Source: an uncultured Gammaproteobacteria bacterium
GTDB lineage: Bacteria; Patescibacteriota; Patescibacteriia; Magasanikbacterales; GWA2-37-8
Direction: 5' to 3'
Assembly (NCBI GenBank): GCA_964596525.1
Contig: CAZQUL010000001.1
Span: 524,830-588,829 of the forward strand
Length of the DNA stretch: 64,000 nt
The first letter of the stretch is position 1; each line of letters begins with the position of its first letter. The position numbers and the translations under genes are program-made. The notes beneath the pieces are model-generated. The model saw only the letters and a list, made by a program, of their open reading frames with translations, was not told where the DNA came from and searched no databases. This document shows, piece after piece, positions 48,261 to 56,949 of the stretch.

Positions 48261-48986
48261 ATGGAGGGGGTCTTACAGCGAACCTGGGAGGGCATCAAAA
48301 ATGCCTTTTTCCCTATCACGTGCGTAGCTTGTGGCTCATATGGAGCCTGGTGTTGTGCTACGTGCCAAGGCACAGCCGAGCGTATGCGCCACCAGGGTTG
48401 CCCGGTGTGCACGCTTCCTACGCCGCGCGGCGCGCTGTGCAATGATTGTTTGCCGGTATCGCACCTCGATGGTGTAACTGCGTTTTATCAGTACGAAGAA
48501 CGTAAGGTTGTTGCCGAACTCATTAAAGCTCTCAAGTACAGCCGTGCCACCGAAACCATTGCTGCCCTGCGTGGTCTTCTCAACACGGCGGAAAAAGATT
48601 TTGTGCCGCACGTCGCGGTACATGAATTCATTGTCATCCCCGTACCTCTTCACCCGCGCCGTTTTAATGAGCGCGGTTTTAACCAGGCCGAACTCCTTAG
48701 CCGACTTCTCCTTGAAACGCATGCCGATACCTTGCCTGCGGCAACCGTCGTTGTCGGCGATTTGGCGCGCGTGCGCTACACCAATCCGCAGGCCGAGCAG
48801 AGCGGCACAGTGCGCCGTACCAACGTAAAAGATGCCTTTGCATGGCTGGGAGCCGGCAAAGCACCCTCCCACGTACTGCTTGTTGACGACGTATTTACGA
48901 CCGGCAGTACCATGCAGGAGTGTGCCCGGGTGCTTAAGCATCACGGGGCAGAGTGGGTGTGGGGTGTGGCTGTAGCGCGCGGTTAG
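48261..48986 (+). CDS. comFC: ComF-family protein (ComFC; phosphoribosyltransferase-type competence protein)
   Basis: N-terminal double Cys pairs (CVACGSYGAWCCATC...CPVCTL...CNDC) and the C-terminal PRTase motif VLLVDDVFTTGSTMQE are the ComFC/GntX hallmarks. Confidence 0.8.
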   Translation: MEGVLQRTWEGIKNAFFPITCVACGSYGAWCCATCQGTAERMRHQGCPVCTLPTPRGALCNDCLPVSHLDGVTAFYQYEERKVVAELIKALKYSRATETIAALRGLLNTAEKDFVPHVAVHEFIVIPVPLHPRRFNERGFNQAELLSRLLLETHADTLPAATVVVGDLARVRYTNPQAEQSGTVRRTNVKDAFAWLGAGKAPSHVLLVDDVFTTGSTMQECARVLKHHGAEWVWGVAVARG

Positions 48987-49093
48987 CACCGGATTTTCCT
49001 TATAACCGCTTAGTTGGGCGTATTGACTGCCCGATCGGCCTTTTGCTATAATCGAGCAGAAGTTTGTTTTTTGTTAGATAAAACGTACTCACT

Positions 49094-49182
49094 GGAGACG
49101 TGGCCGAGTTGGTCTAAGGCGCCTCACTGCTAACGAGGTAGGGCCTCAAAAACCCTCGCGAGTTCGAATCTCGCCGTCTCCG
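49094..49182 (+). tRNA. tRNA-Ser (anticodon GCU), type II with a long variable arm
   Basis: GGAGACGtgGCCGAGTTGGTCTAAGGCgcctcaCTGCTAAcgaggtAGGGCCTCAAAAACCCTcGCGAGTTCGAATCTCGCCGTCTCCg. The acceptor stem is GGAGACG/CGTCTCC. The D-loop GAGTTGG-TCTAA is typical for Ser. The anticodon loop is CU-GCU-AA. There is a long extra arm, and the CCA is not encoded. Confidence 0.85.
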
Positions 49183-49296
49183 CAAAAAAATTCCTTTACT
49201 AAGGAATTTTTTTAATTTATTCGTAAGCCAAACTCCTTGCCTTTTTCTTCCCCCTACGCTAGCTTACCAACAGCTACCCAACCAACGAGGTGCCCG

Positions 49297-49974
49297 ATGC
49301 CTGAAACAAACATTTCTCCTGCCATACCTCCCTTCATCAATTTGATCCTTTCGGTTAATGACTGGGGGCAAAAAGCCACGTCTTCGCCTACCGAGATCAG
49401 AATTTTTTACGACCTAGTGCGAGCGGCCGGGTTTGAGGGGGTCTTGGTCATAGGCAAACTCCGCGGCAATTATCACGAAGGAGAGGATGGGAGTGTAACC
49501 GACACTTGTGCTGTCAACGTACTTTCTCCCTTCAAGCTGGTAGATCAAGATGGGCATAACGATATTTTCGCTACCGGCTGGCTCGACTGCGCGCTGCGTT
49601 ACGTGCTGATGTGCGCTCAGGATAGAAAAACCCAGAGCGAAACGGCGGCGCTCTTACAAGTGCAGGTTGAACGCAGCCGACCGCTCCTGCCGATCAGACT
49701 TAATTCTGCCGGCGACACTCTGATTGAGCGTCCGCCGGAGCGACTTCTATCAAATCTCGGGTACTTCGTGGACCATGTGCGAGATGCCCATTCAGCTGCT
49801 TCGCATGTTGGGTACCACCAGTACTGCAACGGTGAAATGCATCGTCGCCGCGCAACCACGACCGATGACGTGCTGGTCTGCCGTGGATGTTATTTGCGCG
49901 TTATGCTGCCCAAGCACGTGCAAACCTACGGCGAGTTGCGCGAGGCGCTCTGTATTCGCTGTGCGCATTCGTAG
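49297..49974 (+). CDS. Hypothetical protein with a C-terminal Cys/His zinc-ribbon-like cluster
   Basis: GAGGTG RBS before MPETNIS. The C-terminus is HQYCNGEMH...CRGCYLRV...CIRCAHS. Confidence 0.45.
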   Translation: MPETNISPAIPPFINLILSVNDWGQKATSSPTEIRIFYDLVRAAGFEGVLVIGKLRGNYHEGEDGSVTDTCAVNVLSPFKLVDQDGHNDIFATGWLDCALRYVLMCAQDRKTQSETAALLQVQVERSRPLLPIRLNSAGDTLIERPPERLLSNLGYFVDHVRDAHSAASHVGYHQYCNGEMHRRRATTTDDVLVCRGCYLRVMLPKHVQTYGELREALCIRCAHS

Positions 49975-50093
49975 CGTGCGCCTCTTCGCTTCATAAACAC
50001 AAGGTGGTTTCGGCCACTTTTTTGATTGCCATCCTTCGTTTCGGTGTGCCTGTGTAGATTTTACGTATCAAAAAACCACGAACCGTAATGCGG

Positions 50094-50684
50094 CTAGGTG
50101 GTTCGTGGTTGCCAGATGAAATAGCTGCTTTTATCGCTCTGGTGCTCGACGTACCCTTCAGCGCGATAGTGGCGTTCGGGTAACCAGACGCTGAAAAGAT
50201 GAGTGAAGGTAACGATGAGAAGGCCGGGGTAGGCGCGTGAGGGAGACGGACCTCTTTTGTACGAACGGCCCGGAATGAGTTCGAGATGCTCGTCGATGCC
50301 GAGCTCTTCTTTGTGAGCGCGATAGGCGGCCTGCGGCGGTTTTTCGTTGGGGCGCAATTTTTCACCGATACTCGCCGAGAATTCGCGTCGCACCACTCGA
50401 CCGTCGGCAAAGACTTGACGGTCTTCTTTAAGGACAAGGTCACCCTTTTCCGGGTGGTGGTAGTACACGTGAATTCCGGCGCCGCGACAGTGGTACACGA
50501 GCTCGCCGCATTCCTCTTCGAGACGGCCCTCGCCAAGACTGATTTCGCGTACTAAATGGTCAAATGTTTTGGCGTTTCCAGTTCCCCAAAGATGAAGAGG
50601 GATGTCGTGTTCTATTAAAAGAGCCCGCAATCGCTCTGCTTCCATGACTTGCTCCGTGCTGTAGGTGGATACGCACCTTAGCAC
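50094..50684 (-). CDS. Probable NUDIX-family hydrolase (degenerate Nudix box)
   Basis: GEKLRPNEKPPQAAYRAHKEELGI approximates the Nudix box G-x5-E-x7-REUxEExGU (the EELGI tail is kept, but spacing and the RE pair are imperfect). Confidence 0.4.
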   Translation of the reverse strand: MLRCVSTYSTEQVMEAERLRALLIEHDIPLHLWGTGNAKTFDHLVREISLGEGRLEEECGELVYHCRGAGIHVYYHHPEKGDLVLKEDRQVFADGRVVRREFSASIGEKLRPNEKPPQAAYRAHKEELGIDEHLELIPGRSYKRGPSPSRAYPGLLIVTFTHLFSVWLPERHYRAEGYVEHQSDKSSYFIWQPRTT

Positions 50685-50773
50685 GCGACTCCAAGGTCGT
50701 CAAGAAAACCAAGACACGGTTTGGTTGCGTTATCAAAAACGTTGGCCTATACTACAGGCGTGCAAACTTTTGT

Positions 50774-51439
50774 ATGCGAATTTTGCTTATTGAAGACGCT
50801 CCGGATATTGCCCGTTTGATTGTAACCTGCCTTGAGGCAGAGTGTTTTGTGATTGACGTTGCGACCGATGGGGAGAAGGGTTCGTTTTTGGCTCGTACTA
50901 ACTATTATGATTTGGTTATTCTCGACAACATGCTGCCGCAGAAAAATGGCCGACAGGTATGCGATGAAATACGGATGGCCGGAAAAACCATGCCCATCTT
51001 GATGCTCTCCGTTATCGCTGAAACGAAGAAAAAAGTGGAGATGCTCAATGCTGGTGCCGACGATTATCTCACTAAGCCGTTCTCGGTACAAGAACTTGTG
51101 GCCCGGGTGAAAGCGCTCCTTAGGCGGCCGCGGGAGGCGCGTAAAGAGCAGTACGCGCTCGGTGATATTGTGCTCGACGGCGCGCGCCATGTAGTTGTCA
51201 AAGCCGGCAAAGAAGTATATCTGACGCGTAAGGAGTTTTCACTGCTCGAATACTTGCTTCAGAACGTTGATATCGCCCTTTCAAGATCGATGATTATGGA
51301 ACATGTATGGGATATCAACGCCGATCCTTTTTCTAACACCATTGAATCGCACATCATGAGCGTGCGCAAAAAAATTGATCCGGACGGGCGCTATATCATG
51401 ACAGTACCTGGCATCGGTTATAAAATAGTGAGCCCGTAA
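50774..51439 (+). CDS. OmpR/PhoB-family response regulator
   Basis: Receiver domain (MRILLIEDAPDIARLI...DLVILDNMLP...MLSV...ADDYLTKPF). C-terminal winged-helix (LTRKEFSLLEYLLQN...SRSMIMEHVW). Confidence 0.9.
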   Translation: MRILLIEDAPDIARLIVTCLEAECFVIDVATDGEKGSFLARTNYYDLVILDNMLPQKNGRQVCDEIRMAGKTMPILMLSVIAETKKKVEMLNAGADDYLTKPFSVQELVARVKALLRRPREARKEQYALGDIVLDGARHVVVKAGKEVYLTRKEFSLLEYLLQNVDIALSRSMIMEHVWDINADPFSNTIESHIMSVRKKIDPDGRYIMTVPGIGYKIVSP

Positions 51440-51600
51440 AAATGCGTACTGCAGTAAGCCTTGAAATCTATCGACCGCGATAGGTTTTTTGGTTATCTAA
51501 TTTTTTATCATTTTTCTATTTTATTTCCATAAACAGATCATGTCTTATTGATTATTCCTTGAGGTGCATTCGGTTACGATAGACGCACTTTTCTTCGTAC

Positions 51601-52290
51601 ATGACTACGCGCCATACAAATCTTTGGAAGGATGTGCGAGCGGTTACGCAGCGTGAGCGCCTCGCTATCGGTTACCACGGCGTGCGCGACCGATGGCAAG
51701 AAGCGCCGGCGGAGTTTACCGACGATACACTCGTTATCTGCGGTCACCCGGTTATGGAGCGATGGGAAGATGAGTATATGCGGACCTTGGCGCGCATTGC
51801 GACTAAGCCAGGCGCTACGGTACTTGAAGTAGGTTTCGGGCTCGGCATTTCTGCGGCCTATGTACAAAAGGGGTTGCCTGGCAAGCATATCGTTATTGAA
51901 GCCAACGCTGACGTGTTCAGGCGTTTGGAAGAGTTTAAAAACCAGGCGCGCTTTCCGGTTGAACCATTGTTTGGTTTTTGGGAAGAACGCGTGCGCGAAA
52001 TTCCCGATCTAAGTATTGACGGCATTCTCTTTGACACGTATCCGCTTGCCGAAAATGAAATCCACACCAATCATTTTCGTTTTTTCGCGGAAGCGTTTCG
52101 GATGCTCAAACCTGGCGGTGTGCTCACATACTACTCGGATGAAATACACGATTTTTCGCCGCGCCACCGCGAGGGTCTCAACCGAGCCGGTTTTACCGCT
52201 ATCGACAAAGAGATTTGCGCAGTCGAACCGCCGCCCGCGTGCCGCTACTGGAAAAGTCCGACTATCGTCGCGCCGATCATCACCAAATAA
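51601..52290 (+). CDS. Guanidinoacetate N-methyltransferase (GAMT)-like SAM-dependent methyltransferase
   Basis: Block-by-block agreement with the animal GAMT sequence as recalled from memory (not searched): VMERWE, VLEVGFGLGISAAYVQ (motif I), IVIEANADVFRRLEEF, IDGILFDTYPLAENEIHTNHFRFF, LKPGGVLTYYS, and the C-terminal CRYWKSPTIVAPIITK (GAMT: CRYYAFPQMITPLVTK). Confidence 0.7.
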   Translation: MTTRHTNLWKDVRAVTQRERLAIGYHGVRDRWQEAPAEFTDDTLVICGHPVMERWEDEYMRTLARIATKPGATVLEVGFGLGISAAYVQKGLPGKHIVIEANADVFRRLEEFKNQARFPVEPLFGFWEERVREIPDLSIDGILFDTYPLAENEIHTNHFRFFAEAFRMLKPGGVLTYYSDEIHDFSPRHREGLNRAGFTAIDKEICAVEPPPACRYWKSPTIVAPIITK

Positions 52291-52299
52291 ATTCATATC

Positions 52300-52686
52300 A
52301 TGAAGACTGTTACGTACGGACAACATCTGATGGTGGATTGCTACGACGCAGACCCGGGGCGGCTTCATGATATTAATCGCATTTATCGGTTTCTCGATAC
52401 GCTGCCCGTGCTCATCGGTATGGAAAAAATCGGGCCGCCACAGCTCGCGGTGTTTGATGATCCGGCGCTTGCGGGCATTACGGGTATCGTCATGATCGTC
52501 ACGTCGCATATCAGTATCCATACTTACAGTAATAAGGACTGCTTTTTCTTGGATGTGTTTTCGTGCAAACCGTTTCCCGTTGATGTGGTGCTCAGGCATG
52601 CGGAGGAGTATTTTCGCATGCAGCGTTTCGAGAAGTACGAAGTGGAACGAGGGCGGGAGTTTCCGGCCGAGAATCTGCATGCATGA
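52300..52686 (+). CDS. S-adenosylmethionine decarboxylase proenzyme-like (class 1a pyruvoyl-dependent decarboxylase; possibly an arginine/ornithine decarboxylase)
   Basis: 128-aa product. GQHLMVDCYDAD...GITGIVMIVTSHISIHTYSNKDCFFLDVFSCKPF matches the SpeH/AdoMetDC consensus (G.HL..D...CD...G.SG...IAESHISIHTWPE.GY.A.DVFTCG). The self-cleavage site is T-S rather than the usual E-S. Confidence 0.65.
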   Translation: MKTVTYGQHLMVDCYDADPGRLHDINRIYRFLDTLPVLIGMEKIGPPQLAVFDDPALAGITGIVMIVTSHISIHTYSNKDCFFLDVFSCKPFPVDVVLRHAEEYFRMQRFEKYEVERGREFPAENLHA

Positions 52687-52701
52687 TGCGAGGAGGATTC
52701 C

Positions 52702-53424
52702 ATGTTGAAAATCGGCGTTTCGGTACGTTGCGCAGAAGAGAAAGATTTTGGCGGCCTGGAAGAGCTTGAGCGTGCCGTATGGGGAGAAGAAGGGACCGAT
52801 GTATATACCGCCGAGCATTTTGCGGCTTGGCGCGAAGTGCACCCCGAGGCCTTCCTTGTGGCCGAAGAAGAGGGGAAACTGGTCGGGCTCGCTTTTTCCC
52901 AAACGATGCAGCTTGATGAGTTTAGTTTGCCCCCTGGAGCGACTTTTAACTCCATTACTGATTACGGTCGAGCGCGTGCGACGCACTCCCGCAGTGGGAA
53001 TGTGCATTTCGGGGTAACCATTTGCTCGGTGTCGCGTGGAGCAGGGGGTGCGCTCATCCGCTCGGCACTGGCAATTGCCCGGCGGAACAAGCGGTTGCAA
53101 TTCGGCGTGGCGCGACTACCCGGGTTTGCGGCCTACGCTCTTGAACGAGAGCGGCGGGTCGGCTACCCGCTTACGCCGGACCAAGAAGCCGATCTCGCAT
53201 TGCACTACGTGCTCGAGAGCGTTAGAATGGTGGGTGGTGAGCGGCATCCTCTTGAGCGCTTTACGCCGCGCGAATCGTATCCGAAGCTCTCTGCACCCGA
53301 CGCGGTGTTGCGTACTTACCTGCGCCATGCGGAATTCCGGTTCTACCAACTTTTGCCAGCGTTCTGGGTTGATCCGAAGTGTCGCGGATTTAGCGTGCTG
53401 TTTGGTGAAGTTCATGCGCTATAA
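52702..53424 (+). CDS. GNAT-family N-acetyltransferase-like protein
   Basis: 240-aa product. FLVAEEEGKLVGLAFSQ resembles GNAT motif A/B-region architecture. It lies in the same tight operon as the two preceding genes. Assigned at low confidence. Confidence 0.4.
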   Translation: MLKIGVSVRCAEEKDFGGLEELERAVWGEEGTDVYTAEHFAAWREVHPEAFLVAEEEGKLVGLAFSQTMQLDEFSLPPGATFNSITDYGRARATHSRSGNVHFGVTICSVSRGAGGALIRSALAIARRNKRLQFGVARLPGFAAYALERERRVGYPLTPDQEADLALHYVLESVRMVGGERHPLERFTPRESYPKLSAPDAVLRTYLRHAEFRFYQLLPAFWVDPKCRGFSVLFGEVHAL

Positions 53425-53438
53425 GTAGTTAAGAAGGT

Positions 53439-55490
53439 GTGTTTTACATTACGTACATCGCCATTGCCTGTGGCATCTTATCGGTAGCTGCCGGCTCCTT
53501 CGTTCTCTATAAACGCCCCGATCGCTTGGGGCGTTATTTCGGTTTATATATTGTATTCATCGCGATCTGGATGATCGGTAATGCAGGTGCGGATCGGGCA
53601 GCTACCGATTTCGCGCTGCGTTGGTGGAGTGGTTGGTGCGTGGTGGGGGGAGTAGGGCTCGTGAGTTGGTACCTGTGTTTTGTGGAATTTTTCGTTACCG
53701 AAAGACCGCTTGGCCATCTGCGGCGCGCCATTATTTTCGTGCCGGCGATTATTTTTTCGATGCTAGGTTTTACGCCGCTCTATGTGGTGGAAACCATTTT
53801 TATTCCGGGTGCGCCGGCGCAGATCGTGCCCAGTCCGCTTAATTATCTCATTTTGAGTTATTCGACGATTGGTAATGTGTATGGTCTTGTTCGCCTTATC
53901 CGTCATTACGGCGCTGCACCGTACCGCAAGCGCAAGCAGATCGTGTACTTAGCGGTTGGATTTTTCGTGTTGACGGTTGGGGGCAGCATTCTAACCATTA
54001 TATTGCCTTTCCGCGGTGAATACCGCTTCTTTACGCTCGGGTCGCTTTCCTCCCTGGCCGCAATCGGTTGCGGGGCGTACGCTATTTTCCGGCACCAGCT
54101 CCTCGATATCCGCATCGTCATTCAGCGCGGTTTTATCTATACGGTCATGCTGGTGAGCGGTGTTGGTTTATATGCTGGTTTGTTGTTTTTATCCATCGCC
54201 TTTTTTCAATCGGCTAGCCGTTCGACGTATTTTGTGAGCGCTCTTGTTACGGCCGTCATCGGCATGTTTACCGGTCCTTTGATTGATAAAAAATTACGCG
54301 CCTGGACTGATCCAATTTTCTTTAAGGACACTTACCGCTTTTCAAGCGCGATCAAAGAACTCAGCGAGATCGTTAGCCGTTACAACCGCCTGAGCGATAT
54401 CATCACGTTTTCAGCGGAGGCGCTGCGAAGGATTCTGCGTATCCGCGAAGTATGTTTTTGTCTCAAGCCCGAATATGGCCGTAGCTTCCTCTACGAAGCT
54501 GCTTCGGGTCGACCCGTGCCGATCGCGACGCTCGTTGCGCCCCTTAATTCGACCGATGGAAAGCTTTTTTCGAACGGATTTTCAGCTGTAGTTATGCCGC
54601 TCATACTCGAAGGGCAGATTATTGGCGTGGTCGTCCTTGGACCCAAGCTCTCGGGTGGAGATTTCACTGATGAAGACCGCGAACTCCTCAAGGCTTTTTG
54701 TCCACAGGTGGCTGTGGCGCTCAAAAAGGCTCTTTTGTATCAAGAGGTATTCGATTATTCGAAGAATTTGCAAAACAAGGTGGCGGAGCGTACCCGCGAG
54801 ATTCAAGAATTGCAAGAACAGCAGGCACGACTTATGCTGGATATTTCGCATGAACTTCAAACGCCCCTAACCATCATCAAAGGCGAGCTGGAATTATTGC
54901 GGCAAGGAACACACGACGAGCGCAAGATGCTCCCACTCGAAAAATCGGTTGATCGCGTTTCCATGTTTATTCGTTCTCTTCTTAAACTCGCGAAGCTTGA
55001 AACCGAACATGCGCTCTCGCCTAAGACGGTGGTTGATTTTTCAGCACTCGTTGAGGAGGTGATAGAGTATGTAACTGTCCTTGCTAACGCTCAAAATGTC
55101 GCCATTAAAACGTGGGTCGAGCCCGATTTGCGCATTATGGGTAACCGTGAGCAGCTTGAGCAGCTTATCACCAACCTTTTGAGCAATGCTATTAAATATA
55201 TCGCGCGCGAACGGCTCGTAACCGTGAACGTAGTGCGTTCCGAAGAGCGTGTGCGTTTCGTAGTGCAAGATACCGGTGTCGGTATTGATAAAGATAAGCT
55301 GGCCTCGCTTGGGCAGCGGTTTTTCCGCGCTGCCACTTCAGCCGAGGGGACGGGGCTCGGGCTCGCCATCTGTCAGAGTATCGTAAAAAACCACCAGGGT
55401 ACGTTTCATATCGAAAGTGAGGTTGGGAAGGGAACAACCATAACCGCAGAACTTCCGTTGTGCCCCGCAAACGACGCAACCACCCGCTGA
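53439..55490 (+). CDS. Sensor histidine kinase with a large N-terminal polytopic membrane sensor domain and a GAF-like middle region
   Basis: About 7 TM helices in the first 270 aa. The HisKA H-box is DISHELQTPLTIIKG. The HATPase_c boxes are N (LLSNAIKY), G1 (DTGVGI) and G2 (GTGLGLAICQSIV). Confidence 0.9.
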   Translation: MFYITYIAIACGILSVAAGSFVLYKRPDRLGRYFGLYIVFIAIWMIGNAGADRAATDFALRWWSGWCVVGGVGLVSWYLCFVEFFVTERPLGHLRRAIIFVPAIIFSMLGFTPLYVVETIFIPGAPAQIVPSPLNYLILSYSTIGNVYGLVRLIRHYGAAPYRKRKQIVYLAVGFFVLTVGGSILTIILPFRGEYRFFTLGSLSSLAAIGCGAYAIFRHQLLDIRIVIQRGFIYTVMLVSGVGLYAGLLFLSIAFFQSASRSTYFVSALVTAVIGMFTGPLIDKKLRAWTDPIFFKDTYRFSSAIKELSEIVSRYNRLSDIITFSAEALRRILRIREVCFCLKPEYGRSFLYEAASGRPVPIATLVAPLNSTDGKLFSNGFSAVVMPLILEGQIIGVVVLGPKLSGGDFTDEDRELLKAFCPQVAVALKKALLYQEVFDYSKNLQNKVAERTREIQELQEQQARLMLDISHELQTPLTIIKGELELLRQGTHDERKMLPLEKSVDRVSMFIRSLLKLAKLETEHALSPKTVVDFSALVEEVIEYVTVLANAQNVAIKTWVEPDLRIMGNREQLEQLITNLLSNAIKYIARERLVTVNVVRSEERVRFVVQDTGVGIDKDKLASLGQRFFRAATSAEGTGLGLAICQSIVKNHQGTFHIESEVGKGTTITAELPLCPANDATTR

Positions 55491-55505
55491 GGGTGGTCGT
55501 CGGTT

Positions 55506-56261
55506 TTACTTTTGTTCGCGCGCGTCGCAGTAGGCGATCATTCCATCGTGCATCACCTTCGCCAAGCCCTCGGCATATTTTTCGTAATACGCCGTGAAGC
55601 GCGGATCCTGGATGTACATCTCCGCAAGTCCGCGGTAGAGCTCGAGGTTTGGTTCGTACCAGGTACGCAAGCTGTTGTAGTGTTCGTCGATCAGCTTCTG
55701 GAATTCGGGGCTTGTTGCGCCTTTCGGCATCGTTTCGGCTACGACTTTCATAAAAACATCAGCGTCTTTTTTGAGTTTGGCCATGTCCGCTTTGGTCATT
55801 TTTTTGAGACGCTCCTGCGATTGTCGGTAGGCCTCGGTGCGGCCCCAGCGTTCTTTCACTTCGGCGGCGTACTGTTTTTGCTCTTCGTCCTTGAAGGCAT
55901 CATAGAGTTCGTCGTCATGCATAGATGTTTCGTGGTTAAGTTTCTTAAGGGTCTTGTCGATGGTGGTGATAAGACCGTTCAGTCTTTTTTTCTTGAGCTC
56001 GATGAGTTTCCGGTGGTCGAGAAGCGCGCTTCGCATATCGAAGTATTGGGATGAGAGGGTGCGCTTGATATCGTCGAGGGAAAAATCGAGTTCGCGAAAA
56101 AAGAGGATCTGCTGAAGTTTAAGAAGTTCAGCTTCTCCATATTCGCGGTAACCGTTGTGCCGGATACGCGAGGGTTTAAGAAGCCCGATCTCGTCGTAGT
56201 AGTGCAGCGTGCGCACGCTGACACCCGCGAGAGTGGCGAGCTTGTGGATGGTGTAGGCCAT
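55506..56261 (-). CDS. MerR-family transcriptional regulator, TipAL-like (with a C-terminal TipAS-type ligand domain)
   Basis: MAYTIHKLATLAGVSVRTLHYYDEIGLLKPSRIRHNGYREYGEAELLKLQQILFFRELDFSLDDIK is the MerR HTH-dimerisation signature. The ~140-aa C-terminal helical domain is typical of TipAS/Mta. Confidence 0.8.
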   Translation of the reverse strand: MAYTIHKLATLAGVSVRTLHYYDEIGLLKPSRIRHNGYREYGEAELLKLQQILFFRELDFSLDDIKRTLSSQYFDMRSALLDHRKLIELKKKRLNGLITTIDKTLKKLNHETSMHDDELYDAFKDEEQKQYAAEVKERWGRTEAYRQSQERLKKMTKADMAKLKKDADVFMKVVAETMPKGATSPEFQKLIDEHYNSLRTWYEPNLELYRGLAEMYIQDPRFTAYYEKYAEGLAKVMHDGMIAYCDAREQK

Positions 56262-56383
56262 ATAACGTTAGGTACCTGTAAACAGCATAAACTATCACGT
56301 AACGTTATAGTCAAATAGGGAGGTGGGGATAAGTTTTCAATAAAGAGTATAATAAAGGAATACTCTAAACTTTAGACTTTTTT

Positions 56384-56914
56384 ATGAATCGCCAACGTTT
56401 TATCATGTTCGCGCTGGGGTGTCTGTTGCCGGTTGTCGTTGTTGGATGGTTGTTGGTTAATCAAAAACAGACGCCGATGGCGCAGTCCGTGCATTATTCC
56501 TTGATGCCGGAAAGAGCGGAAGTGGGTGTTGTGACTGGAGGTGATATTATCGGTCAAACCATCCCCTGGAACGATGATGTGAAAGCGGCGCGGGCCGAGG
56601 GTTTGGTGCCAGATGAGAGTATTATGATCGCTGATAAGGACGTGAACTTCGATGGCTTTCTCGATGTTGCCATTCTTACGGGTGTTGGTTATGGCGGAGT
56701 GAATATGTTTTACGATTACTATATTTTTAATCCGGTGACCGGACAAGCGGAACGAGATGAGGTGCTAACCGAGCTCGGTAATCCGGAATTCGACCAGGTG
56801 GCAAAAACGATTACGACGCCAGAGAAAAACGGGCCGGATTATGAGATTACGACGTACGAATTTAAAAACGGGAAGTACGTGAAAGGGGAAACGAAGAGTG
56901 GGTTGGAGGAGTGA
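56384..56914 (+). CDS. Membrane-anchored hypothetical protein
   Basis: Signal anchor FIMFALGCLLPVVVVGWLLV. 176-aa product. Confidence 0.45.
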   Translation: MNRQRFIMFALGCLLPVVVVGWLLVNQKQTPMAQSVHYSLMPERAEVGVVTGGDIIGQTIPWNDDVKAARAEGLVPDESIMIADKDVNFDGFLDVAILTGVGYGGVNMFYDYYIFNPVTGQAERDEVLTELGNPEFDQVAKTITTPEKNGPDYEITTYEFKNGKYVKGETKSGLEE

Positions 56915-56949
56915 TGAGTAATTAGGGCTTAGCAATTGGTGCTAATCAT

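Noticed and set aside
52009-53100. 363-aa minus-strand ORF spanning the GAMT-like, AdoMetDC-like and GNAT genes
   Set aside because: The three plus-strand genes each have recognisable family motifs and tight operon spacing. The antisense ORF has none.
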